A stretch of 64,000 nt of DNA from an uncultured delta proteobacterium (GTDB lineage Bacteria > Desulfobacterota > Syntrophobacteria > Syntrophobacterales > Syntrophobacteraceae), in assembly GCA_963808625.1 (NCBI GenBank), contig CAWEHK010000025.1:86048-150047 (forward strand). The letters are read 5' to 3'. The position numbers and the translations under genes are program-made. Each line of letters begins with the position of its first letter. Positions within the stretch are counted from its first letter, which is position 1. Under the pieces are notes generated by a model. It made no database searches. It saw nothing but the letters and a program-made list of their open reading frames with translations, and was not told the DNA's origin. This document shows positions 9,165-19,800 of this stretch, piece by piece.

Positions 9165-9250
9165 ATCCACGAATTCACACGAAGATTTGTGAAGACACAC
9201 GAAGAACTCACTTCGTGGTCTTCGTGATCTTCGTGCTCTTCGTGGTGAAA
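9165..9250. repeat. CACGAAG-type inverted nonamer repeats (a further copy at 9833-9866)
   Basis: CCACGAATTCACACGAAG...ACACGAAG facing CTTCGTGGTCTTCGTGATCTTCGTGCTCTTCGTGG. Confidence 0.7.
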
Positions 9251-9424
9251 GATAAGGTGGTCTTTTGATTCATGCGCAGGGCCGGGTCCGCCAAGAACGC
9301 TGACCACGGTGATGGAGACTGGGTTGGGCATTGTACTGAAGCAGCCCAGTGGATCGGTAACGCGGACCGTGCAGGCCCCAAGCGGCGAAATGGAGAAGCG
9401 GTAGTGTGGTCGTCATGATCAAGT

Positions 9425-9526
9425 CTAGATGAAGACGTATTGCCCCTGCGTTGCTATAATGTCCACGGCATCGGGCAGTCCCTCGGCAAAGTCACAGTAA
9501 GTGTTGGTATCAAGGACCAGCTTCAC
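9425..9526 (-). pseudogene. vapC: Truncated VapC/PIN toxin
   Basis: GTG start overlaps the antitoxin stop; MKLVLDTNTYCDFAEGLPDAVDII... stops after 33 codons. Confidence 0.65.
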
Positions 9527-9762
9527 TCCCAGTCCCCTTCGTGGATCTCATTGAAGACCCGTAGTGAAGCTCGCAGCTCATCCGCTTCCTCGCGAGTCAT
9601 CCAACCCGCCAGCTCACGAACCAGCTTTTCGCGATTTTTCAGCAAGCCAAGCTTTTCATCAATAGCCTCAAGGATAAAAGCCGTCTTGGATTTTCCGGCT
9701 CTTCCTGCAACTTTTCGAATTATCGCCTCTTTCTCAGAAGGAATCCTCAGACTCACGGGCAT
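9523..9762 (-). CDS. Ribbon-helix-helix (CopG/VapB-like) antitoxin
   Basis: VSLRIP....I...A...GKSKTAFILEAI RHH pattern; GGAGG RBS; precedes a PIN start. Confidence 0.75.
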   Translation of the reverse strand: MPVSLRIPSEKEAIIRKVAGRAGKSKTAFILEAIDEKLGLLKNREKLVRELAGWMTREEADELRASLRVFNEIHEGDWE

Positions 9763-10029
9763 GGTTGATCACCTCCATGTATCGCCTTCGTGCGTTTTGT
9801 ATCTCAAATGGAGGGTGCTGTCAATTTTCTTCATCCACGAAGACACACCAACACGAAGACACACGAGCCTCTTGCAAAACTCAATAAGACCGTCACCCCG
9901 CTAGAAATGGCGGATACATCGGAAGTCACTGACCTACACTCTAGCGCGCATCCTCTCTACTCGGCGGTCAAAGCTATACCAGTTAAGGATGAGATAATAC
10001 GTTTTGATATGCTGGCTGAATGATGAATG

Positions 10030-10585
10030 CCCTGAAAGGGCTTCATAAGATAGCCCAGGGTCAGCGACAGCGCCACCCTGGGTGGGGACACCCGATCCCA
10101 TTTTGCCTTACCCTGAAAGGGCTTCAAAATACCCAGGGTCAGCGACAGCGCCACCCTGGGTGGGGACACCCGATCCCATTTTGCCTTACCCTGAAAGGGT
10201 TAGAGCGTGTCTGAAAATTCCCCCTAAAGCTGGTTCCCAAGCTCTGGCTTGGGAACCCACCTCCTTGGAAGCTCCAGCTTCGTCGGACTTGTGGATACCA
10301 TCTCATACTCAAGACGCACGGGAAGCTGGAGCTTCCGTACCTGCGTTCCCAAGCTGGAGCTTGGGAACGAGCGAACGAGCTCCCCGACTCTTTTAAAGGT
10401 GGGTCGGAGGGATTCTTCCTTCAAGTTTTGCGCAAAATTTGAATTTTCAGACAGCCTCTTAGATAAATCGGTGTGTCGGTGTCTTCTATGTAACCCCTTC
10501 AGGGTAGATATTGGTGGTTGTGCTTGGCCCCCAGGGTGGCGCTGGCGCGCTGACCCTGGGCTAATTTATCAAGCCCTTTCAGGGC
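10030..10585. repeat. Nested REP/MITE complex
   Basis: Two ~80-bp CCCTGAAAGGG...CCCAGGGTCAGCG..CGCCACCCTGGG units, with an inverted partner at 10492-10585; interrupted by a 10200-10462 element with TGTCTGAAAATTC terminal inverted repeats enclosing GTTCCCAAGCT...CTTGGGAAC palindromes. Confidence 0.8.
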
Positions 10586-10620
10586 AGAAAAGTGGCCCGC
10601 TGCAAAGTTTGCCAAATAGC

Positions 10621-10650
10621 AAAGACCCCCCGGCAAAACCGGAGGTCTTT
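10621..10650. terminator. Hairpin downstream of the giant gene, possible intrinsic terminator
   Basis: AAAGACCCCCCGG-CAAAA-CCGGAGGTCTTT. Confidence 0.45.
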
Positions 10651-10668
10651 GACTGGGTTAAGCGCTTC

Positions 10669-10801
10669 AGATGACCCCTTATTTCATATGCAGGGGGTGA
10701 TCGATGACCCCTTATTTCATATGCAGGCGGGGGTTGATGACCGCCTGCTTCATCTGCAGGGCGGGGTCGATGACCGCTTACTTCATCTGCAGGGCCGGAT
10801 C
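10669..10801. repeat. Four degenerating 33-bp tandem copies of the C25 gene 3' end
   Basis: Minus strand units GATCCGGCCCTGCAGATGAAGTAAGCGGTCATC / GACCCCGCCCTGCAGATGAAGCAGGCGGTCATC / AACCCCCGCCTGCATATGAAATAAGGGGTCATC / GATCACCCCCTGCATATGAAATAAGGGGTCATC. Confidence 0.85.
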
Positions 10802-13800
10802 ACCGAGAATGTTGTAAAGGTCGATCTCGAACCGCGGCTGCCCATGCGAGCTATAATAGGTCACCGCCGAAATCACGGCGTCGCCGAGGACCCTGGTGCC
10901 GTCCTCGAAGAGGGCCTTGAACAGTCCTTCATCAAGAAGGTGGGCATAGACGTTGTAGGATAGCCCGGTGGGCACCCACCCGGCAATGATCCCGCCACCC
11001 TGCCGCAGCACCAGGGTTTCAGCGAGGGTATCGTAGTTCGGCATCCCAAAATTGCCCATCGAACAGGACATCGCCGCCAACACGGGAAGGCGTTCGGCGT
11101 TGTTGAGACCGGCCACATCACCGGTTAGCAGAATGGCCTCCACCGTCAGCCGATCGGTGCCCGCATGGCCGATGTAGTTCATCAGCAGGGCGCCGCTGTT
11201 GATGCGCCGCAAGCAGCTTGGTGCGCGCCGCGCTGCCGCCGTCCGCCGTGCTCACGTAAATCTTGTTCTGCGCATTCTTGTAGGCAGAGGGAAGGGTATT
11301 GAAGAGCCCATCGCTGTCTGCCTGGAAAGTCCCGCCATCATCCGGGTTGTCGGCCACCATCAGCACCTGCTGCGTCCAGGCGCCGCCACTCGAACCTTCA
11401 TACGCCTTGATCTTCCCGATCATGGTCCCCAATTCCGCCGCCGTCAGCACCGGCAGCCTCCCAATCGCCATCTCCGGCACCCCGTCGTTGCCCACGAGGT
11501 CGACAAAGCGACCGTCACCGACGAAGAGACCATCAGGCGTCCCCACCATGAGCGGGGGCACGAGACAGTCACCATAACCGCGGATGTTCCGATAATCATA
11601 GGTCCCCTCTCCGACCAGCACCACATAACGGGGCGCCGGCTTCTGCCAGCTGTTATAGGTGTATGCCAGGAAGGTCTTGATCGCTTCCGGTGAGTAACAC
11701 TCCGTAGTTGAACTCGTCCACGACATCCTGGAAGTCCACCACCATGCTTTTCAGCCCGTGCACGCTGCGGTAGTCCGCCAGTTCCTGGGCGGCCGCCTTC
11801 AGCAGCGCCGGGGCGATGATCAGGTAGTCAGCCCGGTTCGTCGTCTTCTTCAAGGTCGACACCTGGTCGGCAGCTACGGAAACCGGCTGCTTCACCGCCC
11901 CTCCCGTCAGGACGAGATAAGGCGTCGTCGGGGTGGCCGGGACGAAGCTCGCCCGGTAGCGCCCGGCAGCCGGCTGATCCACCGTAAGCGCCGTCACCTG
12001 GCGCGGCTTCCTGGGATCAGTCAGGTCGAACACACTGATTCCCGCGTCGCTGAACCCGTCCACGCTCACCACCGCATTGCCGTCTCCCCGGGCGATCAGT
12101 TGCCCGTTCACCGCTTGATAGGTGCGCGCATAGGTGACGTCGAAGGAGTCTACATAGAACAGACTATAGGACACGCCGGGGTCGAGAACGGCCGTGACCT
12201 GCACCGTGTTGTTGCCATCCTGGAGCAGCGAGGCGTCGAAGGTCACCTGAAATCCGTGGGCAGTCATTCCCAGCCAGGTGCTCTCGCCAACGCTTTGGCC
12301 GTTGAGCGTCACCCGGGCGTGGTGCTGCGTCGCCGTGTCGCCCACCAGTTGCACCTTGAGGGTTCCCTGACCGCTCCCGGCGGCCCCCGGCAGATTGATG
12401 GTGAAAGCCTTGCTCCCGTAAGTTGGATTGCCGCCAACCACAAAGTCCCAGACCCAGAAATCGGCCGCCGGATCGGTAAAGCTTGCCGTCGCGCCGATTT
12501 GTCCTGCTCGAAATGCAGGGTTTCCTGGAACGTCTTGCCGGTCACCGCCTTCGGTCCCTTGCCTTTGAGAGTGGCCATGCCCGTGCCGGTCCCGATTTCA
12601 AGCCAGTAAACATTATCTCTCGTGTAAAGGCTGTCGATTCCCTCCGCATAGAAGGTCATGCCCGCGTTTCCGCCGGCCACGCTGTAAGCCACCGGCAGAC
12701 CCCGTTGGTGAGCGCAAACCGGTTTCCTTTCAGATACAGGGCCACCGTTGCCGGCGACATCCCAAAGGCCGATCCGATCGTTGCTTTATCCAGATAGTAG
12801 AGCCCGTTCTCCCGCACGGTAATCCTGGCCCTGCCCGTAGGCGCCGCGGCGGCGGTCAAGGTCGGACTGTCTGCTGACAAAGGCTGGCCGGTGGCGGTTA
12901 GCTCTTGGCTCTTGGCTCTTAGCTCTTGGGCTAAGACGCCCTGGCGGTTGGCCGCGGCCTGCTCGGCCTTCATCGCTTCGAGACGCGCCTTCCTGGCAGC
13001 CGTCATGCCGTAGGGTTTCCGGCTGTAGCCGGACACCAGGGTTTCGTTGTCCAACTCGGCGCGAGCCTGCTTCGACAAGCCGCGGGCGGCAGGACTCGGG
13101 GCCTCGGAAACCACGCTCACCGTCCAGGGCCCGTAGACGTTCTCCTGACCCTTCGTCACCACCTCGACGAGGCGATACCGGTAGGTCTCGCCCGGTGTCG
13201 CCGAGCCGTCAACATACTGGTAGACACCGCCCTCGGGCGAAGTCAGCAGACCCGGCAGGAGATGATCGTTCAGCCGCAGGTAGTCCCCGCTCGCCGCCTC
13301 GAAACGCTCCAGGTAGAAGCCCACCGTACCCACCTCACCCGACGTCTGCCACGAGACGATGACTTGACCGCCCTGCTCATGGACATGGAAGGAAGAGATG
13401 AGCGCATAGGTCGGGGTGGGCGACTTATAGCCGAAGTCATTGCCGGTCGAGTTGAGCGTTGTTGATCGTCACCGGCTGCATCCATCCCGTGGCGCTGGAC
13501 TGGGTGGTCTGGGTCAGGCCGGCCGCCGTGGTGCCCGCAGTCTGCACCGCGATGAGATACTTGCCATTGGGCAGGTCCGTGAAGCTATAGGTGCCGTCCG
13601 AGGCGCTGAGCGTGTAGCCGATCTGAGGATCGCTCGCATCCAGCTTTCCGTCACCGTTCAGGTCGCGGTACAGCAGCACCGCAGCCTGTTGCACCCCGGC
13701 CTCTCCCGAATTCCACGCTCCGCTGCCGTTGGTGTCGATGAAGACCTTACCGCTGGCAAGATAGCCTGTTCCTGCCTTGTAGCCAAAGTCCGCCGTGTAG

Positions 13801-16800
13801 TTGGTAACGCCGGCCCCCGAGGCGGTCAACGTGACCGCATAGGGATTGGCCTGGCTGTAGTTATCGCTCCCGGGACTTGTTCCCGTGGTCTTGTTAAACC
13901 CGCTCAGGACACTGGTTGCCACCACCTGGACCTGGTACTTGGCCGGAGGCAGGCCGCTGAAGACATACTCCCCATTGGCATTGGTCGTGGTGGTCCGGAC
14001 CAGGTTGTCGATCCCCGCATGGATGGCGGTATCATTGTTGTCCAGGTTGAGCCAGAGCTGCACCGTTACTCCCTGGATGCCCGGTTCCCCGGCGTCACGG
14101 AAGCCATTGCCATTGAGGTCATGCCATACCAGGTTACCGATGGCGCCCATGTTTGCCGCCCGATAGCCGAAATCGGCATCGTTGTAGACGGGCGACCCGC
14201 TGTTCAGGGTAATCGACCCGGTCGGGTTGGCGCCCGATGTCAGGGTCAGGCCGCTCACCGCGCCGTTCAGGTCACTCACCTGCACGGTATAGGTGCCGAA
14301 AGGGACCCCATAGAAATGATAGGTGCCGTTGTCATCGGTAGTCGTGGTGCCGACAACGACGCCGCTGTTGTTCAACAGATTGAGCGTCACCCCGCCGATG
14401 CCTTCACCCGCATTGAAGGTGTCACTGGCATTGCTATCCAGGAACACCTTGTCGCCGATGGTGCCGACGGAAGCGGTCGTATCGTCCTTGAAGCCGAAGT
14501 CAAGGGTCAGGTTAGCAGTGTTGGCCGGGATGCTCACCGTCTGGTTCACCGACCCGGTGGTCGGGGTCGGATTGTAGCCGGTGGGTGGCGTTACCGTCAC
14601 GGTGTAGGTCCCCGGATCATAACCGGTGAAGCGATACGTCCCGTCCGCAGCCGTGGTCGTGGTGGCGATGGTCGTACCGCCGTTCTTCAGCGTCACCGTC
14701 ACCCCGCCAATCCCCACTTCACCCGGGTCCTGGATGCCATTGTTGTTGGCATCGGAGAACACGGTGTCGCCCAGGGTTATCTTACCGGTGGCGCTGCCGT
14801 AACCGAAGTCGGCGTTCTCGTAAATCTGGCCTTCGCCCAGGTTGATGACGCCGGTCGGGTTAGTGCCCCCGGTCAGCGCCAGGCCGGTCAGCACGCCGCT
14901 GGTATCGGTAACTCTTACCTTATAGCCGCCCGCAACCAGGCCCTGGAATTCGTAGAACCCGGCGGCGTCGGTGGTGGTGGTGGTCGCGTTGTTGTCGTCG
15001 CCTGTTCCGAAGACCCCATCCGCCCCGGCATACACGAGCCTCAGGGTGACCCTGGAAATCCCGGCCTCACCCGCATTCTGCACGCCATCGCCATTCGCAT
15101 CCAGCCACACCCGGTCGCCGATGCTCCCGGTCGCCCCTTCGCGCACATAGCCGAAGTTGACATTGGTGACGCTGGTCGTCCCGACGACCGACACCGGATA
15201 CTGATCCAGACCGCTGGTCAACTGGTAGCCGTTCAGGACCCCGCCCTGATCGGTCACCTTGACCGTATAGCTCCCGGCCGGCACATCAAAGAAGCTGTAG
15301 GTGCCGTCGGCAGCCGTCGTGGTGGTGGCGATCACTTTGCCGGTGCTGTCCACGAGGGCCAGGGTCACCCCGGCCAGGCCGTTTTCACCGGCGTTGATGG
15401 CCGCATTCTTGTTGAGGTCGTTCCACACCGTTCCGGAAATATCCGCCAGTCCCGTATTCTGGAAGCCAAAGTCGGCGGTCAGGTAACGTGGGCTGGCTCG
15501 TGGTCACGAAACCATAGTCGTCAGTGGTCACCGAGCCGCTGCCGTTGACATCGAGCTGCCCCGCGATAACTTTCATGCCGTTCCACCAGCCGTTGTCGGA
15601 GGCATCTGCCGCACCGCTGCCGTTGAGGTCAAGCTTGCCGCTGATACACGGCGACCCCGTTGGCCATGCCGGTGTCGCTGCTGTTGATCGTGCCGTCCCC
15701 ATTCATATCGAGCAGGCCGCCAATGACCCGCACGCTGACGGCGCCCGTGCTGAGCGTGACGTCGATTTCCGTGCTGTTCGCCGTGGCCGGTTCCTGGTCT
15801 TTCGTCATGCGGGTGTAGCCGCTGAGAGCGGTCTGGGTGTCGGTCAATGCTGACGAAATAGGTCCCGGCGGCTAAGTCGTTGAAGTAGTAATGGCCGCTG
15901 CCGTCGGTCGTGCATGGTCGATGGAAATGTAGGTGCCCGCGATTGAAGATGCCGTCGCCGTTGTGTCCCGGTAGAGCGTGACCGTGACGCCGGCGATGCC
16001 CGGCTCACCCAGCATCCTGGAAGGCCATCGCCGTCGTGGTCGCTGAACACCGTGTCGCCTATCGGCCCCAGGCCCGCGTAGCCGAAATGTTCACCCGTAA
16101 GGCTGGCGCTGGCGATGGTCTCGCCGCGATAGCCCGCCTGGGCATCAGCCGTAGTGCCCTGGTAGTTGATGAGCTGCCCGGCGTTGTCGGCGATTTCCAT
16201 GACGTACTTGCCATTGGGCAGGCCGTTGAAGGAGAAGTTGCCATTGCTGTCCGTGTAGTCGGTGGCGATCACCGGATCCACCAGGATCGTCCCGTTATCG
16301 CCGGCTGCCGACGCCGCCGCTGCGGTTCATATCGAGCATGCCGTCGAATGACGGGAAGCCCATGTAGGCGCCGTCGTCGCCGGTATCAATACCATTGTTG
16401 CCGTTGAGATCCAGTTTCCCGCCGATCACCTTGATGCCCTGGGCCACCGTGCCATCGTCGGCGGCGGTGACATTCCCATCGCCATTGAGGTCAAGGAGGC
16501 CGTTGATCACGTGGGCGGTGACATTCCCGTCGCCGTTGAGGTCCTGGTAGAGGTTCACCGAGACCCCGGCAATGCCCGTCTCACCGGGACTTACCAGCCC
16601 GTCGCGGTTGGCGTCGTACCAGACTTTATCGGTAATGGAATAGAGACTGGTATTGCGATAGCCAAAGTCGGCGTCGAGATACACCTGGCCGGCGGCCACC
16701 GTGATCGGGGCGGTCGGATCGGTGTTCGACTGGGCCCCGGTGATGAGCGTATAGCCCGCCGGCGGCGTCGTGACGTCGACAATATACGTACCGGGATCGA

Positions 16801-19800
16801 CATTGGTGAAGTAGTAGGTGCCGTCGGCCGCCGTGGTCGTCGTGGCAACCGTCACATCATCGCCGGTGCCGAACTGCCCGTCCGCACCGGCGCTCTTCAG
16901 GGCCAGGGGCACGCCGCTGATCCCGGCTCCCCGCCATCCTGGATGCCGTTGCCATTGGCGTCGCTCCACACGAAGTTCCCGATGATGGCCTTGGTGGTGC
17001 TGGCGTTGGTGTAGCCGAAATCCACATCCAGTTTGTTCTGTCCGGCGGTGAGGGTAAACATTGCCGTCCGGGTTGGTCGTCCCGGGCGATTCCGTGAGCG
17101 CCCCCAGGATCGGGTATTTGCTCTCATCCACCTCGACTTTGTAGCTCACCCCGCCGGGCACGTCGGTGAACAGGTAGTTGCCGTTCATATCGGTCGTCGG
17201 TGCTGGCGACAAACGTGCCGTCGTCGCCTTCTTGAGCGTCCACCGTCACGTTGGCCAGGCCCGGCTCACCCACATCCTGCACGCCGTCACCGTCCACATC
17301 CAGCCACACGGTGTCGCCGATGGCCCCGGGCGGGCTCTGGATCTCGAAGTCACGCCCGGTGACGGTCTGGCCCACCGCCAGGTTACGCTGATGTTGTTGG
17401 GGTTGCCCCCGTCGCGCGTCCGCCAGGCTGGTGTAGCCGGACGGGTTCATCTTCGTCACCTGGTAGATCCGGGAGCCAGGTTGCTGAAGGTGTACAGGCC
17501 GCTGCCGTTGGTGGTCGTGGTGAACACCTGGTCGTCGGCGGTGCCCAGGATGCCGTCCGCACCCGCATAGGTCAGGAACACGGTGACGTTGGCCACGGCC
17601 GTCTCCGGCGGGACTTCGCAATGCCGTCCCCGTCGGCGTTCCTCACCACCGTACCGCTGATGGTGCCGAGACTCTTGTGGTAGCCGAAGTTCTCGTCGAT
17701 CACGTTGGCGCCGGTCGACCGTGACATCGGACTGGTTGTCGTTGGTCGGCGCGTCGGTGTCATAGGTCTGCACGTAGGCCGTCGAGGGAAGCGTGCTGGT
17801 GTCCACCTTGACCACGTATTCGCCGTTGGGCACGCCCGCTGAAGGTGTAGTTGCCGCCGGCGTTGGTGGTCGTGGTCGCGAACACCGTGTCACCGGCATC
17901 GTAGACGTTATTGTTGTTGGTGTCGTTGTAAAGCGTCACGGTGACGCCGGCAATCCCCGGTTCTCCGCCGTCCTTGTCACCGCCGTTGTCGTTGGTCATC
18001 CCAGACCGTGCCGCTGACGTTATAGCTGGTCGAGTTCCGGTAGCCAAAATCGGCATAGCCGATGGTTGCGCCGCCGGTCAGGGTGGTGGCGGTCTGGTTG
18101 TCGCAGCCGCCTATGGACCCGCACGGCAGCCCGTTCGGCGAGCCGGAAGTGCTTTCGCCCGTTGCCGTGAAACCGGTCGGCAGGGTGGTGGTATCCACCT
18201 TCACCACGTATTTCTGATTCGAAGTGGTATTCGGCAGGCCGAGGAACTGGTAGAGGCCGGTGGCGTCGGTGGCCTGGGCCGTGATGAAGGTTTGGTCGCC
18301 CGTGGTCGTGACGTTGCCGTCGGCATCCAGGTAGAGTTTCACCGTCACGCCCGCCAATCCCGGCTCTCACCGGTGGTCTGGTTGCCGTCGCCGTTGGCGT
18401 CGTTCCACACCCGGTCGCCGATCTTGCCGGTGTTGTCCACGCCGAAGTCGAACACCGCTTGCCAATCCTCGCCGGGATAGGCATGGAAGGTGATAGCTGG
18501 TGGGCGTGGTGGCGTCCGGATAGCCCATCGCCGTCGTCTGCGCGGTGTTGTAGGTGAGGGTGTAGTTGCCCTCGGGCACCACGAAGGAGAAATGCCCGGT
18601 CGGCGTCGGTGGTGGTGGTCTCCGTTAATCGGGTTGCCGAACATGTCGGTGCCGGTGAGCGTCACCGTCACCTGGGTCAGGCCGTTCTCGCCCGGCTCGC
18701 TGCTGTCAAAGAGGCCGTTGCGATCGGCATCCCAGAAGACATTGCCCTCCACCTTCGCGCCCTGGAAGTAGCCGAAGTCGGCGGTCCTGATAGCTCTCGC
18801 CGGCGGCCAGGTTCTTGTACACCACGTTATTGGTGGTGGGCACGATGTTGCGCACGCCGTTGGTGGTGATGCTGTCCTCGTAGACATCCACCAGGTAAGG
18901 TCCCGGGCGGCAGATTGGCGAACTGGTAGGCGCCGCTGGCGTTGGTAGGGCTTAAAGCCGACCTGGTAGTCGCCGTTGGCCGGATCAAGAATGCCGTTGC
19001 CGTTGGCGTCGAAGTAGAGCAGGTCACGACGGCATTGGCGATGGCCCTGCGTCGCGTTCTCATCCTGCAACCCGTTGGCGTTGTCGTCCCACCACACGTA
19101 ATTGCCGATGCTGCCGGCCCAGTTGTAGCCGAAGTCGGCGGTCAGGTAGACCGTCGATTGCTGGCCAGCGTCGAGGGTGACGTCGTGCATGCCGTTGGGC
19201 GGCGGCGTTGTGATGGGCGAGCCGCCTGGCACCGCTCGAGGCTCGCCGGGAAGTCCGCGGTAGGTCGAAGTCACGTCCACCAGGTAGTTGCACCGCGCGC
19301 GGTAATCACCGGCGGTCAGGCCGGTGAAAAGGTAGTTGCCGGTGGCGTCGGTCGTGACGGTCGAGGAGCAGGTCGCCGACATCGATCGCCCGTCGTTGTT
19401 CATGTCGGCATAGAGCCGCACGTCCGACGTTCGGCATCGCGGTTTCACCCGCATCCGACCACGCCATTGCCGTTGGCATCGAGCCAGACGGTGTCGCCGA
19501 TACTGCCCTGGTGCCCGGGGCGGCCGCAGGCCGAAGTCGGCGTCGCTGTACTGCTCGGTCGGCGCCCAAGCTTGGTGTGGTCTGCAGCAGGGGCGTGCTC
19601 GCCACATAGCCCTGGCCGGGATGAGAGTAGCGGACGTTATACGGCGGTGCCCGCGGTCAGGCCATAGAAGCGATAAAGGCCGGTGGCATCGGTGGTGGTC
19701 CACTGCTCGCCTTCGCCGCTGTCCCAAACACCGTTGTCGTTGCCGTCGGTCCAATCGAGGAACGCCATCGTTCGGCGTCAAGCTAGACCGTGACATTCGC

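Noticed and set aside
10030..10801. Tandem repeats as a CRISPR array
   Set aside because: No unique spacers, the units are palindromic REP-like or gene-end copies, and there are no cas genes in the window
13440..15548. Long antisense ORFs (also 25672-26823, 55295-56467, 62249-63841)
   Set aside because: Shadow ORFs opposite well-supported GC-rich genes, with no recognisable motifs
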